DNA of 52,762 nt from an uncultured Candidatus Saccharibacteria bacterium (GTDB taxonomy: Bacteria; Patescibacteriota; Minisyncoccia; Minisyncoccales; PWPS01), in NCBI GenBank assembly GCA_964573145.1, contig CAZNIM010000001.1, positions 1-52,762 of the forward strand. The letters run 5' to 3'. Every line of letters starts with the position of its first letter. Positions within the stretch are counted from its first letter, which is position 1. The notes under the pieces are model-generated. The model was not told the origin of the DNA, did not search any database, and saw only the letters and a program-made list of their open reading frames with translations. This document shows positions 35,863 through 45,470 of the stretch, in pieces. The translations under genes and the position numbers were made by a program.

Positions 35863-37213
35863 AAAATTCGCCGGGAAATTAAAACCCTTTTTGAGCGATA
35901 AGGTTTTTACGGTTTCCGAATTTATCGGACTGGTTAACGGAATCTTGGAACCGCTGAAGCTTTGCGGTGTGGTGGTAAGAGGTGAAATCGGGGAAGATAT
36001 ATACAGGGATCGCAAACGAGGATGGATGATTGTCAATTTAATAGACCAAAAAGGAGCTCAGATAAACTGTTTTGTTCCCCGCTATGTTGCTGAAAGAGCC
36101 GGAGTCGAGTTAAAATCCGGGATGGAGATAAAGATTACCGGCCACCCCAAGCTTTTGGAAAACAAGGGAAGGTTCAGTTTTCAGGTCAGTCGGATCGGAC
36201 TCGTAGGGGAGGGGGATTTAAAAAAACAATTCGAAATACTCAAAAAAAGACTAAAAGAAGAAGGCTTTTTTGATCCGAAAAAAAAGAAAGAGATCCCTCT
36301 TTTCCCTCAGAAGATAGGACTCATAACTTCCAAAGGGAGTGATGCCGAAAAAGATTTTTTAACTCATCTTGAGGATTACGGATTTTCAATTTATGCGTTT
36401 GACAGCAAGGTGGAGGGAGATTCGGCAATCGATCAACTTTTGAGCGGGATTGAAGTTTTAAATAAAAATTTTTCCGACTTGGAAGCGATAGTGATAACGA
36501 GAGGTGGAGGAAGTTGGGAATCTTTACAAGCCTTTAACAGCGAGGAGTTAGTTAAAGCGGTTTTTTCAAGCAAGGTTCCGATTATATCGGCCGTAGGTCA
36601 CGAGAATGATATAACTCTTGCCGATTTAGTCTCCGATCTACGAGTTTCAACTCCGACCGATGCGGGAAAAAGACTATCCAAAAATTGGCAAGAGGGTGAA
36701 AAGAGAGTGGAAAGTATTGAAAAGAATATAAGTTCGGCAACCGGAAAAATGATAACTCAGGCCGATCGAAAATTATCCGATTTCAGGTCTTTTTTCGGGC
36801 GCAAGGTCAGGGACACAATCAGAAATTCGCAGAGAAATTTGGAATTTTTATTTTCGGGAATAACGGATAAGATGAAGAGGAGAGTGGAAAAGTTTTACAA
36901 TTTGGAAGATCTTTTCAACTCTAATCGAGTTAAATTAAGGAATCTTATTAAAGCGGAAGAAGAGAGAGCTGAGAGAAAGAAGGTGGAACTTGTGAAAAGT
37001 TCAATCAGATGGCAAAAATCAATTGAAAGAAAGATATCGGAAGAAGAGAAGAAGATCGGCTTGGCGAGCCCGGAGCTGAAATTAATTCAAGGGTATTCGA
37101 TAACCAGATCGGAAGGGAAAGTAATTAAAAGAGCTTCCGAGTTGACGGTCGGTGATGATTTGGAAACTCAATTTAAAGATGGAAAAGTGATTTCAAAAAT
37201 AAACAAAAAATAA
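35846..37213 (+). CDS. xseA: exodeoxyribonuclease VII large subunit
   Basis: OB-fold N-terminus (TVSEFIGLVNGILE). IGLITSKGSDAEKDF, RGGGSWESLQAFN and SAVGHENDITLADLVSDLRVSTPT. Confidence 0.92.
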   Translation: MSDYSEKFAGKLKPFLSDKVFTVSEFIGLVNGILEPLKLCGVVVRGEIGEDIYRDRKRGWMIVNLIDQKGAQINCFVPRYVAERAGVELKSGMEIKITGHPKLLENKGRFSFQVSRIGLVGEGDLKKQFEILKKRLKEEGFFDPKKKKEIPLFPQKIGLITSKGSDAEKDFLTHLEDYGFSIYAFDSKVEGDSAIDQLLSGIEVLNKNFSDLEAIVITRGGGSWESLQAFNSEELVKAVFSSKVPIISAVGHENDITLADLVSDLRVSTPTDAGKRLSKNWQEGEKRVESIEKNISSATGKMITQADRKLSDFRSFFGRKVRDTIRNSQRNLEFLFSGITDKMKRRVEKFYNLEDLFNSNRVKLRNLIKAEEERAERKKVELVKSSIRWQKSIERKISEEEKKIGLASPELKLIQGYSITRSEGKVIKRASELTVGDDLETQFKDGKVISKINKK

Positions 37214-37214
37214 A

Positions 37215-37418
37215 ATGACAAAAAAAGACTTTGACTTTACAAAAGCATACAAAGAGATCGAGGAGATAAATGAGTGGTTTCAAAAGGAAGAGATTGATCT
37301 TGAAGAAGCGTTGGAGAAATACGAAAGAGGAATGGAGCTTATCGAAAAATGTAAGGAGCGTTTAAAAAAATCAAAAAATAAATTTGAGGAGATAAAAGAA
37401 AAATATGAAGAAAAATAG
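37215..37418 (+). CDS. xseB: exodeoxyribonuclease VII small subunit
   Basis: 67-aa helical protein with LEEALEKYERGMELIEKCKERL. Immediately follows xseA. Confidence 0.85.
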   Translation: MTKKDFDFTKAYKEIEEINEWFQKEEIDLEEALEKYERGMELIEKCKERLKKSKNKFEEIKEKYEEK

Positions 37419-38453
37419 ATGAATTCGGAAAAATTTATCCAAAAGATAAAGAGCGGAAGCGATGAAGATCTGGAAAAGATTAGATTAAAGCTGGAAGAGA
37501 TGCCGAAAAATGAAAAGGGAAGCCGATTTTTGAAAGCGATGATTGACAATCTCAATTCCTTTTCCAAAATAGACAGGGAAGAAAATAAGATAGTCTTCAT
37601 ACAAGGACTGAAAGCACTCGTTGGAGACTGGGGGAGGGAATACTTTCCCGTATTTTCCGAATTCATCATTAATCAGATTGAAGACGACTCGGAAAAGGTC
37701 AGAAGGGAAGTAATCGAGTTGGCCGACCTTTTAACCGATCAGATAGCGAGAGAGGAATTGTCGGAGCGTGAAAAAGAGGTTTTAGCCGAATTTATAGATG
37801 GTGTAATTATTCTGATGGAGAATTATTATTATCAGACACAGAATGAAAACGAAGATGTTTCGATTTCCAAGTATGAGAGCTTGGAAGCTTTAATGGAAAA
37901 AATAATTAAGGAGGATAGGGCAACCGTTCCCCAATGGCTGGATTGCACTTGGAAGAGGGAAATCTGCTCAAATTCGGATTGTCCGATCTGCTCAAAAATC
38001 ATAGAGATTGAAAAAATTACGGGAAGCTCGGCGAAAAGTCAATTTTTAATAGAGGTAATGGATGACGGCGATGAACTTAAAAAGGATTGCCCGGCCCCGG
38101 AAGAATTTCCTTTTTACTTGAAAGTGGAAAATTGGATGAATGATTTGTCGGTTATTGCCGAAGAGTCGAAAAGAAACGGAGAATTTTGGATTTTTACCGA
38201 AGCTGCAGCTGATCTCTTTTGGTATCTGAGTGTTTTGAATGTAAAGATATACAGGCAGCTCTGTAATAGATTTTTAGCGGACAAAGGGGTTGATAGGTCT
38301 TTTGATTATCGCTATAACCGAAAGGTGATTATAAAATCGATAAAAAAGATAAAAAAAGCGATGCAAGTTCTCAACGATTCCGGACCGGAGAGAGGTTTTA
38401 AAAAATCTATTCGAAAATTAGAGAGGCTCGAAGAAAGAATTTACAACATTTAA
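37419..38453 (+). CDS. hypothetical protein (344 aa) with central Cys cluster
   Basis: The ATG abuts the xseB stop codon. Helical-repeat-like N-terminal half. CTWKREICSNSDCPICSK cluster. No family recognised. Confidence 0.6.
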   Translation: MNSEKFIQKIKSGSDEDLEKIRLKLEEMPKNEKGSRFLKAMIDNLNSFSKIDREENKIVFIQGLKALVGDWGREYFPVFSEFIINQIEDDSEKVRREVIELADLLTDQIAREELSEREKEVLAEFIDGVIILMENYYYQTQNENEDVSISKYESLEALMEKIIKEDRATVPQWLDCTWKREICSNSDCPICSKIIEIEKITGSSAKSQFLIEVMDDGDELKKDCPAPEEFPFYLKVENWMNDLSVIAEESKRNGEFWIFTEAAADLFWYLSVLNVKIYRQLCNRFLADKGVDRSFDYRYNRKVIIKSIKKIKKAMQVLNDSGPERGFKKSIRKLERLEERIYNI

Positions 38454-38479
38454 AAGTCGAGTAATCAATAAATAAAAAA

Positions 38480-38713
38480 ATGAAAAAGGAGATTATAAAT
38501 AGAATGTCGACTTTGATAACTACCGCTTTCGGGTTGGTGGCGGCGCTGGCTTGGAACGGAGCCATTCAAGCCATATTCAGAGAAGTATTCGGAACGGCTG
38601 AAGGAGTGATCTCGATGATTGTTTACGCCGTAGTGGTGACCGTTATTGCCGTCGTAGCTACCCTTTGGATCGCCAAACTGGCTCAAAAAGAAGAGGAAAA
38701 AGAAAAAAAATGA
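38480..38713 (+). CDS. small two-TM membrane protein (DUF5654-like)
   Basis: 77 aa. LITTAFGLVAALAWNGAIQAIF motif. Family name recalled from memory only. Confidence 0.5.
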   Translation: MKKEIINRMSTLITTAFGLVAALAWNGAIQAIFREVFGTAEGVISMIVYAVVVTVIAVVATLWIAKLAQKEEEKEKK

Positions 38714-39210
38714 AAGTAATAACGGTAGACGACAAAGACCGAAAAATAGGGGAGATGGAAAAATTGAAAGCTCACGAGGAAGGAGCTCTTCATCGAGCGT
38801 TTTCGGTTTTTATAATGAATAAAAAAGGAGAGCTTCTCATTCAAAAAAGAGCGGCTGAGAAGTACCACGGAGGAGGGCTTTGGTCCAATACTTGCTGTAG
38901 TCATCCGACCGGTCAAATTAAAACGGATGCCGAGAGAAGACTCGCGGAAGAGATGGGGTTTTCGGTTGATTTAATCGAGTTCGGAGAAGTTAAGTATAAT
39001 CTGAAGGTGGGAAAACTAATCGAAAATGAGTACGACCATCTTTTTATAGGTTTCTATGACGGACCGGTAAAGCCCAATCCGGAAGAAGTCTCCGATTACA
39101 AGTGGATTGTTCCCGAAATTTTGAAGACGGATTTTTCTGAAGATCCGAATCGCTACACTCCGTGGTTTATCGAAATTTTTTCATTATTTGAAGATTATTA
39201 TTCGGATTGA
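38710..39210 (+). CDS. idi: isopentenyl-diphosphate delta-isomerase, type 1 (Nudix)
   Basis: HRAFSVF, WSNTCCSHP and ENEYDH motifs. ATG at 38710 (ATGA overlap) preferred over the longer ORF from 38665. Confidence 0.88.
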   Translation: MKVITVDDKDRKIGEMEKLKAHEEGALHRAFSVFIMNKKGELLIQKRAAEKYHGGGLWSNTCCSHPTGQIKTDAERRLAEEMGFSVDLIEFGEVKYNLKVGKLIENEYDHLFIGFYDGPVKPNPEEVSDYKWIVPEILKTDFSEDPNRYTPWFIEIFSLFEDYYSD

Positions 39211-39261
39211 CTAACCATCTTGAGTTCTTATAATTAAATTGTGAAAATCAATTGAAGAGTT

Positions 39262-39993
39262 ATGAAAAAAATATTCTTAATTTTAATTTTGCTCATTATC
39301 GGAGCTTTCTTTTTCGGAGGAGATTTTCTTTCGACCTTTGAGGATCCGGAGCCGAGAGATTTGAGTGTTGAATTTTTACCCGATGAAGGGATGGAAGCTC
39401 AAGAAATAACGGTGGTTGAGGAAGAAGAGACCATTTTCTCCTTGGAGATTGAACAGTTGAACAGTTGGATGGAAGAAAACTGGAATCGCTTTGATGATCC
39501 TCCCACTGTCGCAATGAGAGATATCGATCCCGGTGGTTTCGGATTTTTTGATCGAGCGGCTTCAATTTCTCCAGGCGGTGAAAGATTAATCTTTTCGGTT
39601 AGTGATTATGCGGCGGCGAGCACAACTTCAATTGTAGTGGTTGCCGATTTGGAAACTCGAGAGCTCGACTTGATTACCGATCCGGTCAGAGGTTCGATAG
39701 AAGCTTATGCTTGGAAAAATGATCGAGTCGCTTACACTATCGGAACCGCCAGAGCGGGTGGAGATTTCTTAAGAGTTGATGACTTGACTGAAATGAGAGT
39801 AGGGTTCGAATTGTCGGAGGAGGATCTTGTCGTTTTCCTGGATTCCGATGTGGAGGAAGGTCAATATATGCCGGCTTTCCGAGACTTGAATTGGGATGGA
39901 GATTTTCTTGAGTTTACGACCTCCGATCCGGATACGGAAGAAGATCTTCACTGGAGAATTAATTTTGAAGGAGTCGATCTGGAGTTAAAATAA
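39262..39993 (+). CDS. N-terminally anchored acidic hypothetical protein
   Basis: TM/signal anchor, then an acidic beta-rich domain. ISPGGERLIFSV resembles a PD40-type strand motif. Confidence 0.55.
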   Translation: MKKIFLILILLIIGAFFFGGDFLSTFEDPEPRDLSVEFLPDEGMEAQEITVVEEEETIFSLEIEQLNSWMEENWNRFDDPPTVAMRDIDPGGFGFFDRAASISPGGERLIFSVSDYAAASTTSIVVVADLETRELDLITDPVRGSIEAYAWKNDRVAYTIGTARAGGDFLRVDDLTEMRVGFELSEEDLVVFLDSDVEEGQYMPAFRDLNWDGDFLEFTTSDPDTEEDLHWRINFEGVDLELK

Positions 39994-40001
39994 ATTTTTA
40001 T

Positions 40002-40035
40002 AAAAAAGATCTCATTCACTTTTTTGAGATCTTTT
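40002..40035 (+). terminator. rho-independent terminator
   Basis: AGATCTCA...TGAGATCT 8-bp stem followed by TTTTT. Confidence 0.7.
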
Positions 40036-40046
40036 TCTTTAATGAG

Positions 40047-40448
40047 ATGATTTCATGGATAAAAATCTACCTGATAGCCTTATCGATTTTCTTAATTATC
40101 GATTTTCTCTGGTTGGGATTGGTGGCGAAAAATTTTTACAGCCGTCATCTGGGCGAGAAGATGAAAGAGGAGGTGAACCCGGTTCCGGCGATTGTTTTTT
40201 ACCTTTTATTTGTTGCCGGTTTGGTATTTTTCGTAACGATGCCGGCGATCGAGTCCATTAGATGGCAAGAAGCGTTTTTCCCGGCTATTTTTTTCGGATT
40301 AGTCTCTTATGCGACTTATGATTTAACCAATTTTGCAACCTTGAAAGAGTGGCCTTTTAAAGTGGTGGTGATTGATTTAATTTGGGGCTCTCTCTTAACC
40401 GGAGTGGTGTCTTTGCTAACCTACCTTTTATATCTTTCCTTATTATGA
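40047..40448 (+). CDS. DUF2177-like membrane protein
   Basis: 133 aa, 4 TM. IDFLWLGLVAKNFY motif. Family assignment recalled from memory. Confidence 0.5.
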   Translation: MISWIKIYLIALSIFLIIDFLWLGLVAKNFYSRHLGEKMKEEVNPVPAIVFYLLFVAGLVFFVTMPAIESIRWQEAFFPAIFFGLVSYATYDLTNFATLKEWPFKVVVIDLIWGSLLTGVVSLLTYLLYLSLL

Positions 40449-41206
40449 ATATTGTTTTTTTGGCATTAATACTATTTGCCTATTACAATCTTTGGTTTCT
40501 AATCGCAACGGTCAAGTCGAGAAACGACTTGGTTGATTTGGCTTGGGGTCCTGCTTTTTTTATCTCCGGTTGGTCGGCATATCTCCTGTCGGGCCATTCG
40601 ACAACCTCCTTGTTGGTCAATTTACTGGTGACTTTTTGGGGCCTACGCCTCTTTTATCATATTCAAAAAAGAATAAGAGGGAGTAAAGAAGACCATAGAT
40701 ACGGGGAGATGAAAAAAAAATGGCAGCGAGTAAAACTTAATTCATACTTCAAAGTTTTTCTCTTTCAAATGTTTCTGGTCTTAATCATCGGTTCACCGGT
40801 TTTTTATATAAGCTTCAAGCGGCCCGAATTCAACCCTTTAATGATTTTGGGAGTATCGATTTGGCTTTTCGGTTTTGTTTTTGAAGCGGTAGCCGACTAT
40901 CAGTTACGAAAATTTTTGAGAAGTGAAAAGAAAAATGGGGTAATGAAAAAAGGTTTATGGAGTATCAGTAGACACCCGAACTATTTCGGAGAAGTGGTCC
41001 AGTGGTGGGGGATATTCATTGTCTCTCTCTTGTCGGGAGCTCCTCTTTGGTTGGTGGTAAGCCCCTTTTTGATAACTTTTTTAATTTTAAAGGTTTCGGG
41101 AGTTCCCCTTTTGGAAGAAAGACTTAAAAAAAGAGAAGGTTATCTCGAGTATGTCGAAAATACTCCGGTTTTTCTTCCATTTATCGGAAAGAAAGGTAGT
41201 TTTTAA
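40445..41206 (+). CDS. DUF1295 / steroid 5-alpha-reductase-like membrane protein
   Basis: DYQLRKF...GLWSISRHPNYFGEVVQWWG motif. ATG at 40445 (ATGA overlap) preferred over the in-frame alternative start at 40382. Confidence 0.75.
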   Translation: MNIVFLALILFAYYNLWFLIATVKSRNDLVDLAWGPAFFISGWSAYLLSGHSTTSLLVNLLVTFWGLRLFYHIQKRIRGSKEDHRYGEMKKKWQRVKLNSYFKVFLFQMFLVLIIGSPVFYISFKRPEFNPLMILGVSIWLFGFVFEAVADYQLRKFLRSEKKNGVMKKGLWSISRHPNYFGEVVQWWGIFIVSLLSGAPLWLVVSPFLITFLILKVSGVPLLEERLKKREGYLEYVENTPVFLPFIGKKGSF

Positions 41207-41217
41207 TTTTATAAAAA

Positions 41218-41769
41218 ATGTGGAGTTTAAAAGAACAAAAAGCCGTTAAATTTTCCGTTTTAGCTCACCAGGGGCAATTGAGAAAAGGAAAAAGCATCGC
41301 TTATGTTTCACACCCCTTGACGGTCGGAATTATCTTGGCCAGAATGGGCTGTAGTGAGGAGCTGGTTATCGCCGGAATTTTACATGATGTGATTGAAGAC
41401 ACCGATTATGAAAAGGAAGATATTGAAAGAGAGTTCGGGAAGAAGGTTGCCGATCTGGTTTCCGGAGTGAGTGAAGGTAATAAGAAAGATTCTTGGACTG
41501 AAAGAAAAAATAAAACTCTTGAAAAATTGAAGAACTCATCCGAAGAAGTGGTTAAATTGAAAGCTGCCGATCTGTTGGCCAATATGACCGATTTGTGCGA
41601 CGATCTTAAAAGTGAAGGAGGGAGGGCTTTTACAATATTCAGCGTTGACTCAAGCAAAAAGATAGCCGGTTTTCAGAAATTAATACAAGTTATAAAAATG
41701 AGATTAAATCAAGACCCGATTATTGAGAAGCTTGAAGAAAGATTAAATCAAATTAGTAATTACGAATGA
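41218..41769 (+). CDS. HD-domain (p)ppGpp-hydrolase-like protein (RelA/SpoT HD_4 type, standalone)
   Basis: AHQGQLRKGKSIAYVSHPLTVG and GILHDVIEDT motifs. 183 aa. Confidence 0.75.
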   Translation: MWSLKEQKAVKFSVLAHQGQLRKGKSIAYVSHPLTVGIILARMGCSEELVIAGILHDVIEDTDYEKEDIEREFGKKVADLVSGVSEGNKKDSWTERKNKTLEKLKNSSEEVVKLKAADLLANMTDLCDDLKSEGGRAFTIFSVDSSKKIAGFQKLIQVIKMRLNQDPIIEKLEERLNQISNYE

Positions 41770-43676
41770 AGATAAATTACGAAAAGGAACTGAATAAAGA
41801 GCAGTTGGAAGTGGTTAAAAATGGTGACGGATACGTCTTGGTGTTGAGTGGACCGGGATCGGGAAAAACTCGAGTCTTAACTTTCCGAGTTGCTTATCTG
41901 CTTGAAAAGGGGATTTCGCCGGAAGAAGTTCTACTTCTGACTTTCACTAAAAAAGCAGCCAAAGAGATGTTGGCCAGAATAGAGGAGTTAGCCGGCCCGG
42001 AAGCCGGCCGCATATTGGGGGGGACTTTTCATCATGTCGGTAATTATTATCTTAGAAGATACGCTGAAAAGCTGGGCTACTCTGAAAACTACACAATACT
42101 GGACGGGGAAGACAGTAAGTCATTGATTAAAATGGTGATTGACGAAAATCAGTTGAAGGATGATCTCCCGACAGCCAAAAAGGTGCAGGCAATTATTTCT
42201 TTGGCAAAAAACTCGAATGAGAACGTTTCCGAAGTTGCAAAGGAGCTGGGATCGGTGAAAGCTTCGGAAAAGATTGCTGAAGTGGAGAAGCTTTATACCG
42301 AGAAGAAGAAAAAAAGCAATGCGGTTGATTATGATGATCTGCTTTTAAACTGGAATAAGCTCTTGGATGATTCTGAAATTAGAAAAAAAATCGGCGAAAG
42401 ATTTAAATACATATTGGTGGATGAATATCAAGACACCAATGCAATTCAAGACTTGATTTTAAAAAAGATAAGTTCAATTAACCGAAATTTGATGGTAGTC
42501 GGTGATGACTCGCAAAGCATCTATTCTTTTCGAGCCGCGGAGATTAAGAATATCCTCAATTTTTCAAAAAAATATCCGGCGAAGGTATTTCGCTTGGAGA
42601 CCAATTATCGCAGTACTCCCGAGATTCTCCGTTTAGCGAATTCGATAATTAAGAATAATGATTTCAGACTTGAAAAGGACTTAAAGAGTGTTCGAAGAAG
42701 TGGAAAAAACCCAACGGTGGTTTGTCTTACTTCTCCACGAGAGCAAGCTCGCTTTATAGTTCAGAAATTGGATGAAGATCTTGATCCTCAAAAAACGGCA
42801 ATTCTTTTCAGAGCTCATTATCAAGCGGCTAATTTGGAGCTGGAATTGGCTAAAAAAGGAATTCCTTACATTGTCCGTGGTGGAACCAGATTTTTTGAAC
42901 AAGCTCACATTAAAGATGTTTCCGCTTTTTTGAGAATGATGGTTAATTTCAAGGATGAATCCTCCTGGCTCAGAATTTTAAAAAAACAAAAAGGGGTCGG
43001 TGACGTTTATGCGCGTCGAGTAATAGAATCGATTTCCGAACTGGACTCCAAAGAAGAGATAAGAGAGAAAAAAGAAGGTATTGTATCCTCGGCTCCTCCG
43101 AGTTTGAAAAAAAATGTTGAAGAGGTTTTGGATCTTCTTTTAAAGATGAATGAGTTCGATAAACCGGATCAAGCGGTTTCCTTTTTAATAAAAAATTGGT
43201 ATCGAGACAAGATGGAGAAAGAGTTCGATAACAAAGAAGAGAGGATGGATGATTTAAAGCAGCTTATAGAAGTAACCAAGGAGTACTCGGATCCGGAGAC
43301 GATGCTTTCCGATTTCGCCTTGAGTGAAGAGTTTCGAATCGATTCACACTCGGGAAGCTTAACGTTGAGTACAATCCATCAGGCGAAAGGATTGGAATGG
43401 AGTAATGTCTTCGTAATCGGATTGAAAGACGGCCAATTTCCACACAAAAAATCAATTGAAGAAAATCTAATAGAGGAAGAAAGGAGGCTTTTTTACGTAG
43501 CCGTAACCAGATGTAAAAATAATCTATTTTTAACTTATCCTCTTTTTGAAAAAAGAGGCTCTACGGATCCTTCTCGTTTTTTAAGAGAGATAGAGGATCA
43601 GGTTTCCGAACAGTGGACTACCGACGATGAAGAAGAGATCGACCTTATCGACGAGGATGATTTTGACTTTTTTTAA
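41766..43676 (+). CDS. UvrD/PcrA/Rep-family SF1 DNA helicase
   Basis: SGPGSGKTR, VDEYQDTN, VGDDSQSIYSFRAA, TNYRSTPEIL, TIHQAKGLEWSNVF and LFYVAVTRCKNNL. Acidic C-terminal tail. Confidence 0.92.
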   Translation: MKINYEKELNKEQLEVVKNGDGYVLVLSGPGSGKTRVLTFRVAYLLEKGISPEEVLLLTFTKKAAKEMLARIEELAGPEAGRILGGTFHHVGNYYLRRYAEKLGYSENYTILDGEDSKSLIKMVIDENQLKDDLPTAKKVQAIISLAKNSNENVSEVAKELGSVKASEKIAEVEKLYTEKKKKSNAVDYDDLLLNWNKLLDDSEIRKKIGERFKYILVDEYQDTNAIQDLILKKISSINRNLMVVGDDSQSIYSFRAAEIKNILNFSKKYPAKVFRLETNYRSTPEILRLANSIIKNNDFRLEKDLKSVRRSGKNPTVVCLTSPREQARFIVQKLDEDLDPQKTAILFRAHYQAANLELELAKKGIPYIVRGGTRFFEQAHIKDVSAFLRMMVNFKDESSWLRILKKQKGVGDVYARRVIESISELDSKEEIREKKEGIVSSAPPSLKKNVEEVLDLLLKMNEFDKPDQAVSFLIKNWYRDKMEKEFDNKEERMDDLKQLIEVTKEYSDPETMLSDFALSEEFRIDSHSGSLTLSTIHQAKGLEWSNVFVIGLKDGQFPHKKSIEENLIEEERRLFYVAVTRCKNNLFLTYPLFEKRGSTDPSRFLREIEDQVSEQWTTDDEEEIDLIDEDDFDFF

Positions 43677-43708
43677 TTATTTGGTACTATAAATCGATAA
43701 AGGAGGGG

Positions 43709-44116
43709 TTGCGTTTGGAAAAAAATCATTTCAAAAATGCAGAAGAATCGTTGGAAAGGTTCAGTTCGGATGAAGATTTTTTGTGGGCTATAAGGCCACT
43801 AAATGAACCACGGAGATTAATTTCTATTAAAAGGGCATATCCGGAAATAATGAACTGGAGTAACCTGGAAAGAAATTACTTTTTGTGGAGAGTGAATCAG
43901 ATTATAAGCATTGGGATATGTCGCTATTTCAAGATTGTCGGAGAAGAGAGAAGACAGTACTGCTGCCCATCGTACAAGAAAGATAGATTTTATGAGCTGG
44001 TAATGAAGATGAAGAAAGGAGAATTTAACTATTCTCTTGAACCGCTGGAATGTACGTGTGATTTAACGAAAGTGTATGGGAATTGCAGAAAGGAGATAGC
44101 TCTAAGCAGAGTGTAA
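43709..44116 (+). CDS. hypothetical Cys-rich protein (about 133-135 aa, TTG start)
   Basis: Strong SD AGGAGGGG at 43701-43708. The in-frame TTG at 43715 has better spacing than the TTG at 43709. No family recognised. Confidence 0.55.
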   Translation: MRLEKNHFKNAEESLERFSSDEDFLWAIRPLNEPRRLISIKRAYPEIMNWSNLERNYFLWRVNQIISIGICRYFKIVGEERRQYCCPSYKKDRFYELVMKMKKGEFNYSLEPLECTCDLTKVYGNCRKEIALSRV

Positions 44117-44129
44117 ATTAAGTCGGGGG

Positions 44130-44155
44130 GGCACGCTAAAGTGCCTCTTTTTTTT
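44130..44155 (+). terminator. rho-independent terminator
   Basis: GGCAC-GCTAAA-GTGCC followed by TCTTTTTTTT. Confidence 0.75.
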
Positions 44156-44189
44156 GAAAAAATATATAAAAATTGTAAACTTAACTACA

Positions 44190-45056
44190 ATGAGTAAAGT
44201 CTCAATCGCAACTGAAAAAGAGCGTAAAAAAAATATTTTATCTTCCTTAAACTCTTCCAAAAAAGAGATAAGTGGCAATATAAAAGGAAAAAAGAATATA
44301 ATCGTAAAGCCCGACCTGACTTCTGCTGAGAATCAGATGCTTTCAACTCATCCGGAGACTTTGGCGGCGATTCTGGATTTTATATCCGAGTTGACTGATG
44401 AACCGATAACGATTGTCGGAGTGGTCGGGATAGGAGATACGAAGCAAGCTTTTGAACGATTCGGATATCGAGAAATTATTTCCGAACGTAAAAATGTTTC
44501 TTTGGTTGATTTAAAAGATGAAGAGGTGTCCGGAATTGAAATCTATGCGAGGGATTTAAGTCCGGTTGAAGTCGATATTCCGAACATTGTTTTGGAGAGT
44601 GATTTTATTATTTCCGTTGCCGGCCTGAAAACCGACGATTCGGTTATCGCTTCGATGGGGTTAAAAAATTTGTCCGGATTTTTAACCTCGCGCCCCCTTA
44701 ATCATAACGGTTATAAGGCGATAAATTTAAGCTTGGCTAAACTCGCCGAGAATTTGAATCTCGGACTTTCAATTTTGGACGGATTTTACGGAATTGAGGG
44801 TGATGGACCCTCTCGGGGAGATTCCGTAGAGATGAGAGCGGCGGTGACCGGAACCGATTTTGTTAGTGTGGACACGGTGGGAGCCATTTTAATGGGTATA
44901 AATCCTTATAAGATCGGATACCTTAATTATCTGGATAAGGAAGGGGCGGGGACCGGAAAGATCGGAGAGATAGATATAATCGGAGCCGATCCCGAAAAAA
45001 TTAAAAAAGAATTCAGACTACATTCCAGATATGAAGAACAGCTCAATTGGCAGTAA
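44190..45056 (+). CDS. DUF362 domain protein
   Basis: IVKPDLTS...THPETLAAILDFI and ILDGFYGIEGDGPSRGD fit the DUF362 pattern. ATG at 44190 preferred because the TTG at 44154 lies inside the terminator T-run. Confidence 0.6.
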   Translation: MSKVSIATEKERKKNILSSLNSSKKEISGNIKGKKNIIVKPDLTSAENQMLSTHPETLAAILDFISELTDEPITIVGVVGIGDTKQAFERFGYREIISERKNVSLVDLKDEEVSGIEIYARDLSPVEVDIPNIVLESDFIISVAGLKTDDSVIASMGLKNLSGFLTSRPLNHNGYKAINLSLAKLAENLNLGLSILDGFYGIEGDGPSRGDSVEMRAAVTGTDFVSVDTVGAILMGINPYKIGYLNYLDKEGAGTGKIGEIDIIGADPEKIKKEFRLHSRYEEQLNWQ

Positions 45057-45270
45057 ATATATAAAAGTAAAAGTGATTCCCGGGTCAGGTGTTGAAAAAG
45101 TGGAGAAAAGAAATGATCGGTTCGTAATAAAGGTTAAAGAAGAAGCCCGAGAAGGGCTTGCCAATAGGCGAGTCCTCGAAATTCTTACTTTGATATTTCC
45201 GGAAAAACGGATAGAATTGGTAAAAGGGGGAAAAAGAAAAAATAAGATATTTAAAATTAATGAAAAATAA
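45031..45270 (+). CDS. DUF167 (YggU/UPF0235) family protein
   Basis: IKVKVIPGSGVEKVEK...FVIKVKEEAREGLANRRVLEIL matches the YggU pattern. Confidence 0.6.
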   Translation: MKNSSIGSKYIKVKVIPGSGVEKVEKRNDRFVIKVKEEAREGLANRRVLEILTLIFPEKRIELVKGGKRKNKIFKINEK

Positions 45271-45469
45271 AACCGAAAAACTATATTTCGTAGTCGTTAT
45301 GACTCTCTTCTCTTTCATCGCTCTTTTCCATTTCGTCAGACTCAGTGCCGGATGGGAAGTTCCCACCTTGGTGAGTGGTTTTATAATCGTGGTCTCTCTC
45401 TTTGTGGTTTACTGGAGTTGGCTGACCTTCGGCTTGGAAGAAAAGGAGGAAAAGGAGTTGCACCGGTAA
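45260..45469 (+). CDS. small two-TM membrane protein
   Basis: 69-aa hydrophobic ORF in an operon-like overlap with its neighbours. Confidence 0.45.
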   Translation: MKNKTEKLYFVVVMTLFSFIALFHFVRLSAGWEVPTLVSGFIIVVSLFVVYWSWLTFGLEEKEEKELHR

Positions 45470-45470
45470 G

